The notes below the pieces were generated by a model, which worked only from the letters and a program-made list of their open reading frames with translations, had not been told where the DNA came from and did no database searches. Of a stretch of DNA of 32,000 nucleotides, positions 29,611 through 32,000 are shown piece by piece. Each line of letters opens with the position of its first letter. The first letter of the stretch is position 1. Location: NCBI GenBank assembly GCA_038530755.1, contig JBCBCI010000021.1, positions 6,837-38,836 of the forward strand, in the 5' to 3' direction. Origin of the DNA: Cyanobacteria bacterium J06592_8 (GTDB lineage: Bacteria; Cyanobacteriota; Cyanobacteriia; Cyanobacteriales; Microcoleaceae). The position numbers and the translations under genes are program-made.

Positions 29611-29760
29611 TTACTCGTGATTGATATCGCCGCCATCAGCGTCAGCGCTGTGCTGAGACTTAACAGTTTGACGAACCCCTTGAGGGATATCCCGAACTTC
29701 GATTTGAATTCGGCTAGGACGGTTAGATGCAGACGCAAAAGCTGTTGTAGGCTTAGTCAT
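29611..29760 (-). CDS. Unannotated 49-aa ORF (hypothetical small protein or peptide)
   Basis: I translated this by hand: MTKPTTAFASASNRPSRIQIEVRDIPQGVRQTVKSQHSADADGGDINHE*. ATG is at 29760, with GGAG 7 nt upstream (ggagatattATG). It is too short for the ORF track. The track's 29569..29778 (+) ORF is its antisense shadow. Confidence 0.4.
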   Translation of the reverse strand: MTKPTTAFASASNRPSRIQIEVRDIPQGVRQTVKSQHSADADGGDINHE

Positions 29761-30305
29761 AATATCTCCAAAAAGTAATGCACACCTGAATTCCGACTCA
29801 GAATAGCTCTGAATTTAGCTTGTTTCGGAAGACCGCTATACTCTATCCTATAGCAAGCCTCGAAACAACTATCAAAAACAATTCTTAATAAGATTATAGG
29901 ATCTTGATATAGATTTTGCAAGCAAACCCAGTCAAAAATAGCTGAAATGTCTTCTGGGAAAGGATTATAAGCTTTCAGACCATCTGAAGCTAGGCTTGTT
30001 TCTTGCTGTTAGATTGCATTAGGTTTCCTCAAGAATATCATTAAAAATTTTTATATAGTATTTTGAGAAAACTCTGAGCAGATAGAAATTATGCCTCCCC
30101 AGGAAAACAAAAGCTTGAGGGTGAACTGGACTTTTTCTCGAATGTCCAGACTCTCGGATTTACAGCTAAATAATTGCAGCAATGATGTCAAGATATGAGA
30201 CACTGAATAGGGGTTTGACGGGTTCGTAACAAGCCATCAAAATCTGGCTTAATGTCCCACCAATCCCATCTCCAAACCCTCAATTGTTCAAAGGAGTGTC
30301 CCAGA

Positions 30306-30737
30306 ATGTCTATTGAAACTCGACCCACAGAAGTGATTGATTTAACTATTAATAGTAAAGACAATTGCTATCTGATGAAAGATCATATTGAAGCGATTCA
30401 AAATACTGGCATCAAACAAGAATTAACAGCCGGAATTTGGGTAGCCCGTATTCGCAAGGGTTCTTTCGACTATGTGAAAGATGACCCTCAAGGTCAAAAA
30501 GGTGAACCCTTAGTTATCCTGTGGATTTATGGTGGAAAGTTCAAAAACCTCAAAACCAATAAAACCGTTCCGGCGGGTTGGTCAACTTTAAATGGCTTTG
30601 ATGATACGCTGACTCTCGCGGTTTCAGAACCCATTACTCTTTGTGCTTTCTTCTTTGATACTTATTTAAAAGACAATGAGGGAGATGTGACCGTTTCAGT
30701 TGTTAAAGTTGGTGAAGTCAGCGATATTGAAGAGTAA
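30306..30737 (+). CDS. Uncharacterized conserved protein, paralog A of a two-member local family
   Basis: I prefer the ATG at 30306 (aaggag 9 nt upstream) over the track start at 30252. It shares the blocks RIR.GSF.Y, GEPLV..WIYGG.F.N.KTN, WSTLNG.DDT.TL.V, LCAFFFDT and DNEG.VT.SVVK with 31167..31562. Confidence 0.6.
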   Translation: MSIETRPTEVIDLTINSKDNCYLMKDHIEAIQNTGIKQELTAGIWVARIRKGSFDYVKDDPQGQKGEPLVILWIYGGKFKNLKTNKTVPAGWSTLNGFDDTLTLAVSEPITLCAFFFDTYLKDNEGDVTVSVVKVGEVSDIEE

Positions 30738-30790
30738 TCTTTCTTTCGGGTTTTAAAACCAATTTGATCAAAATCAAGTTCTTTTATGGG

Positions 30791-30836
30791 TAAGCTTCTA
30801 ACTCTGTTGTTTAAATGGGTTAGGAGCTTTTAATTC
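30791..30836 (+). terminator. Rho-independent terminator candidate after paralog A
   Basis: The stem is aagcttctaac (30792-30802) / gttaggagctt (30819-30829), 11 bp including one G-U, with a 16-nt loop. It is followed by tttaatt. Confidence 0.45.
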
Positions 30837-31166
30837 AGACTGACATCAGCCCGAGAAATGAATAAAAGCTGACGCGGCAAGATTAAGAGGAAGTAAAACT
30901 TAAATTAAGAATGATTAAAACTTGACAAATTCTTCAGGATCAGCACTAAGCCTAGTTATACATTATGCGATAACAATCTCTCCACTCCTCAAGTTCATCC
31001 CTCAACTCAAACAACTATGGCTGTATCTGGGTAGCAATTCAAAGACCACGAGCTCAGTAAAATGAAAAATTTTTTGTAGAGTAGATGCGAGCCTGCAACA
31101 GTTAGCTTACAATTTCAGGGTATTGCAAAGTGTTTAACACAATTACTCAGAACTAGGAGCAAAAAT

Positions 31167-31562
31167 ATGGAAGGTTGTGTAGTTACAGATTTAAAAGTTG
31201 ATAGCCGACAAAACTGCTTTGTGCTTGATGACGCAACCATGCAACGCATCCAGGAGGAAACTGCTGTCTCCACAACACTCGAACCGGGAACCTACATTGT
31301 TAGAATCCGGAGTGGTTCATTTAACTATCGTTCAAACGTCCCTCATCCCGGTGAACCCCTGGTAATGTTCTGGATCTATGGAGGTCGATTTATCAATAAG
31401 AAAACGAACATTGAAACCGAAGCCACCTGGTCAACTTTAAATGGAGATGACGATACTATCACCCTAGAAGTGCTACAAACCTGTCATCTTTGTGCTTTCT
31501 TCTTCGATACCCATATAGAAGATAACGAAGGAGAAGTCACGATCTCAGTCGTTAAAATTTAA
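31167..31562 (+). CDS. Uncharacterized conserved protein, paralog B
   Basis: 131-aa ORF with an aggag SD 7 nt upstream of the ATG. It is about 55-60% identical by eye to paralog A over the C-terminal about 100 residues. Confidence 0.65.
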   Translation: MEGCVVTDLKVDSRQNCFVLDDATMQRIQEETAVSTTLEPGTYIVRIRSGSFNYRSNVPHPGEPLVMFWIYGGRFINKKTNIETEATWSTLNGDDDTITLEVLQTCHLCAFFFDTHIEDNEGEVTISVVKI

Positions 31563-31637
31563 CCAGGTTAGACTGCTTCGACCGGAAAAATAGGTTCAAG
31601 AAAATTGACAATCATTCACCCATAGGACCCAAACACA

Positions 31638-32000
31638 ATGGCTCCCTCTCGTAAAGCATTACTTCAAATTCCAGCGGTGCTACTCACTTTAGCATTCACT
31701 TTAGGGCTCTTTACTGTTCCAGCTTTATCGTTTCTGAATCATCCGGCTGTCGCTCAATCGAGTTCAGAGCGTGCAGTCACTTTCAAAATCCCTGAATCCT
31801 TAGCTCAGGATACAACAGTTAAAGTGAACGGTTCGAGCAGTATGAGCGAACCGAACAAAGCCCTAGAGCAACGCTTTGAAAAGCGGTTTCCGGATGCAGA
31901 GGTCCAACTCTCAGCCACAGGAACTTCCGAAGCGTTAGAAAACCTAGAAGCTGGAAAACTCGATATTGCAGCGGTCGGACGTCCGTTAACCGAAGAGGAA
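31638..32000 (+). CDS. PstS-family (PBP-like) phosphate-binding protein, 5' part, running off the window
   Basis: ATG at 31638. The signal peptide-like N-terminus is ALLQIPAVLLTLAFTLGLFTVPALS. It is followed by VKVNGSSSMSEPNKALEQRFEKRFP ... ATGTSEALENLEAGKLDIAAVGRPLT, typical of PstS/SphX binding proteins. Confidence 0.7.
   Translation, partial: MAPSRKALLQIPAVLLTLAFTLGLFTVPALSFLNHPAVAQSSSERAVTFKIPESLAQDTTVKVNGSSSMSEPNKALEQRFEKRFPDAEVQLSATGTSEALENLEAGKLDIAAVGRPLTEEE

Noticed and set aside
29569-29778. A 69-aa plus-strand ORF from the track.
   Set aside because: It is the antisense shadow of the 49-aa minus-strand ORF. The minus-strand ORF has a proper GGAG-N7-ATG, whereas the plus-strand ORF has no SD and an odd composition. 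I still hold the minus-strand call at only 0.4.

Overview
The window looks like cyanobacterial chromosomal DNA. I infer this from at least a dozen HIP1 octamers (GCGATCGC) seen by eye and from the gene families present: Uma2 endonuclease, Rpn nuclease, a long RibBA and a 474-aa NADP-IDH. GC content is roughly 40% by eye. A filamentous Oscillatoriales-type host is only a guess.

I can support about 27 protein genes or gene remnants. I saw no rRNA, tRNA or CRISPR array.

Housekeeping and ordinary genes:
- A 1374-aa hybrid sensor kinase
- ribBA
- An SPFH/prohibitin protein
- A two-domain PPK2
- A DUF218 membrane protein
- Two tandem mgtE paralogs
- icd
- A DALR-domain protein
- A Crp/Fnr regulator
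- A GNAT acetyltransferase
- A partial PstS-family binding protein

Accessory or notable content:
1. 10981-14641, minus strand: a decayed remnant of type III CRISPR / cyclic-oligoadenylate signalling. It holds a csm2 pseudogene with an in-frame TAA, whose 3' end is fused to the 3' fragment of a histidine kinase gene. It also holds a 5'-truncated CARF-RelE-like gene abutting an Rpn nuclease/transposase-like gene, a frameshifted unknown gene, and a Uma2 endonuclease.
2. 15186-19797: a phosphite uptake and oxidation operon (ptxABCD) with a good Pho box upstream and a tightly coupled SAM methyltransferase downstream.
3. 27004-29760, minus strand: an unannotated 49-aa ORF, a JmjC/cupin_4 oxygenase and a bis-His thioredoxin-like [2Fe-2S] ferredoxin. 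This is my best candidate for an undescribed functional module, but the linkage is inference only.
4. 30306-31562: two paralogous uncharacterized about-130-aa proteins just upstream of the PstS-like gene.

Phosphorus-related functions (PPK2, ptxABCD, PstS-like) recur across the window.

All family assignments come from motif recognition by eye. No searches were run.
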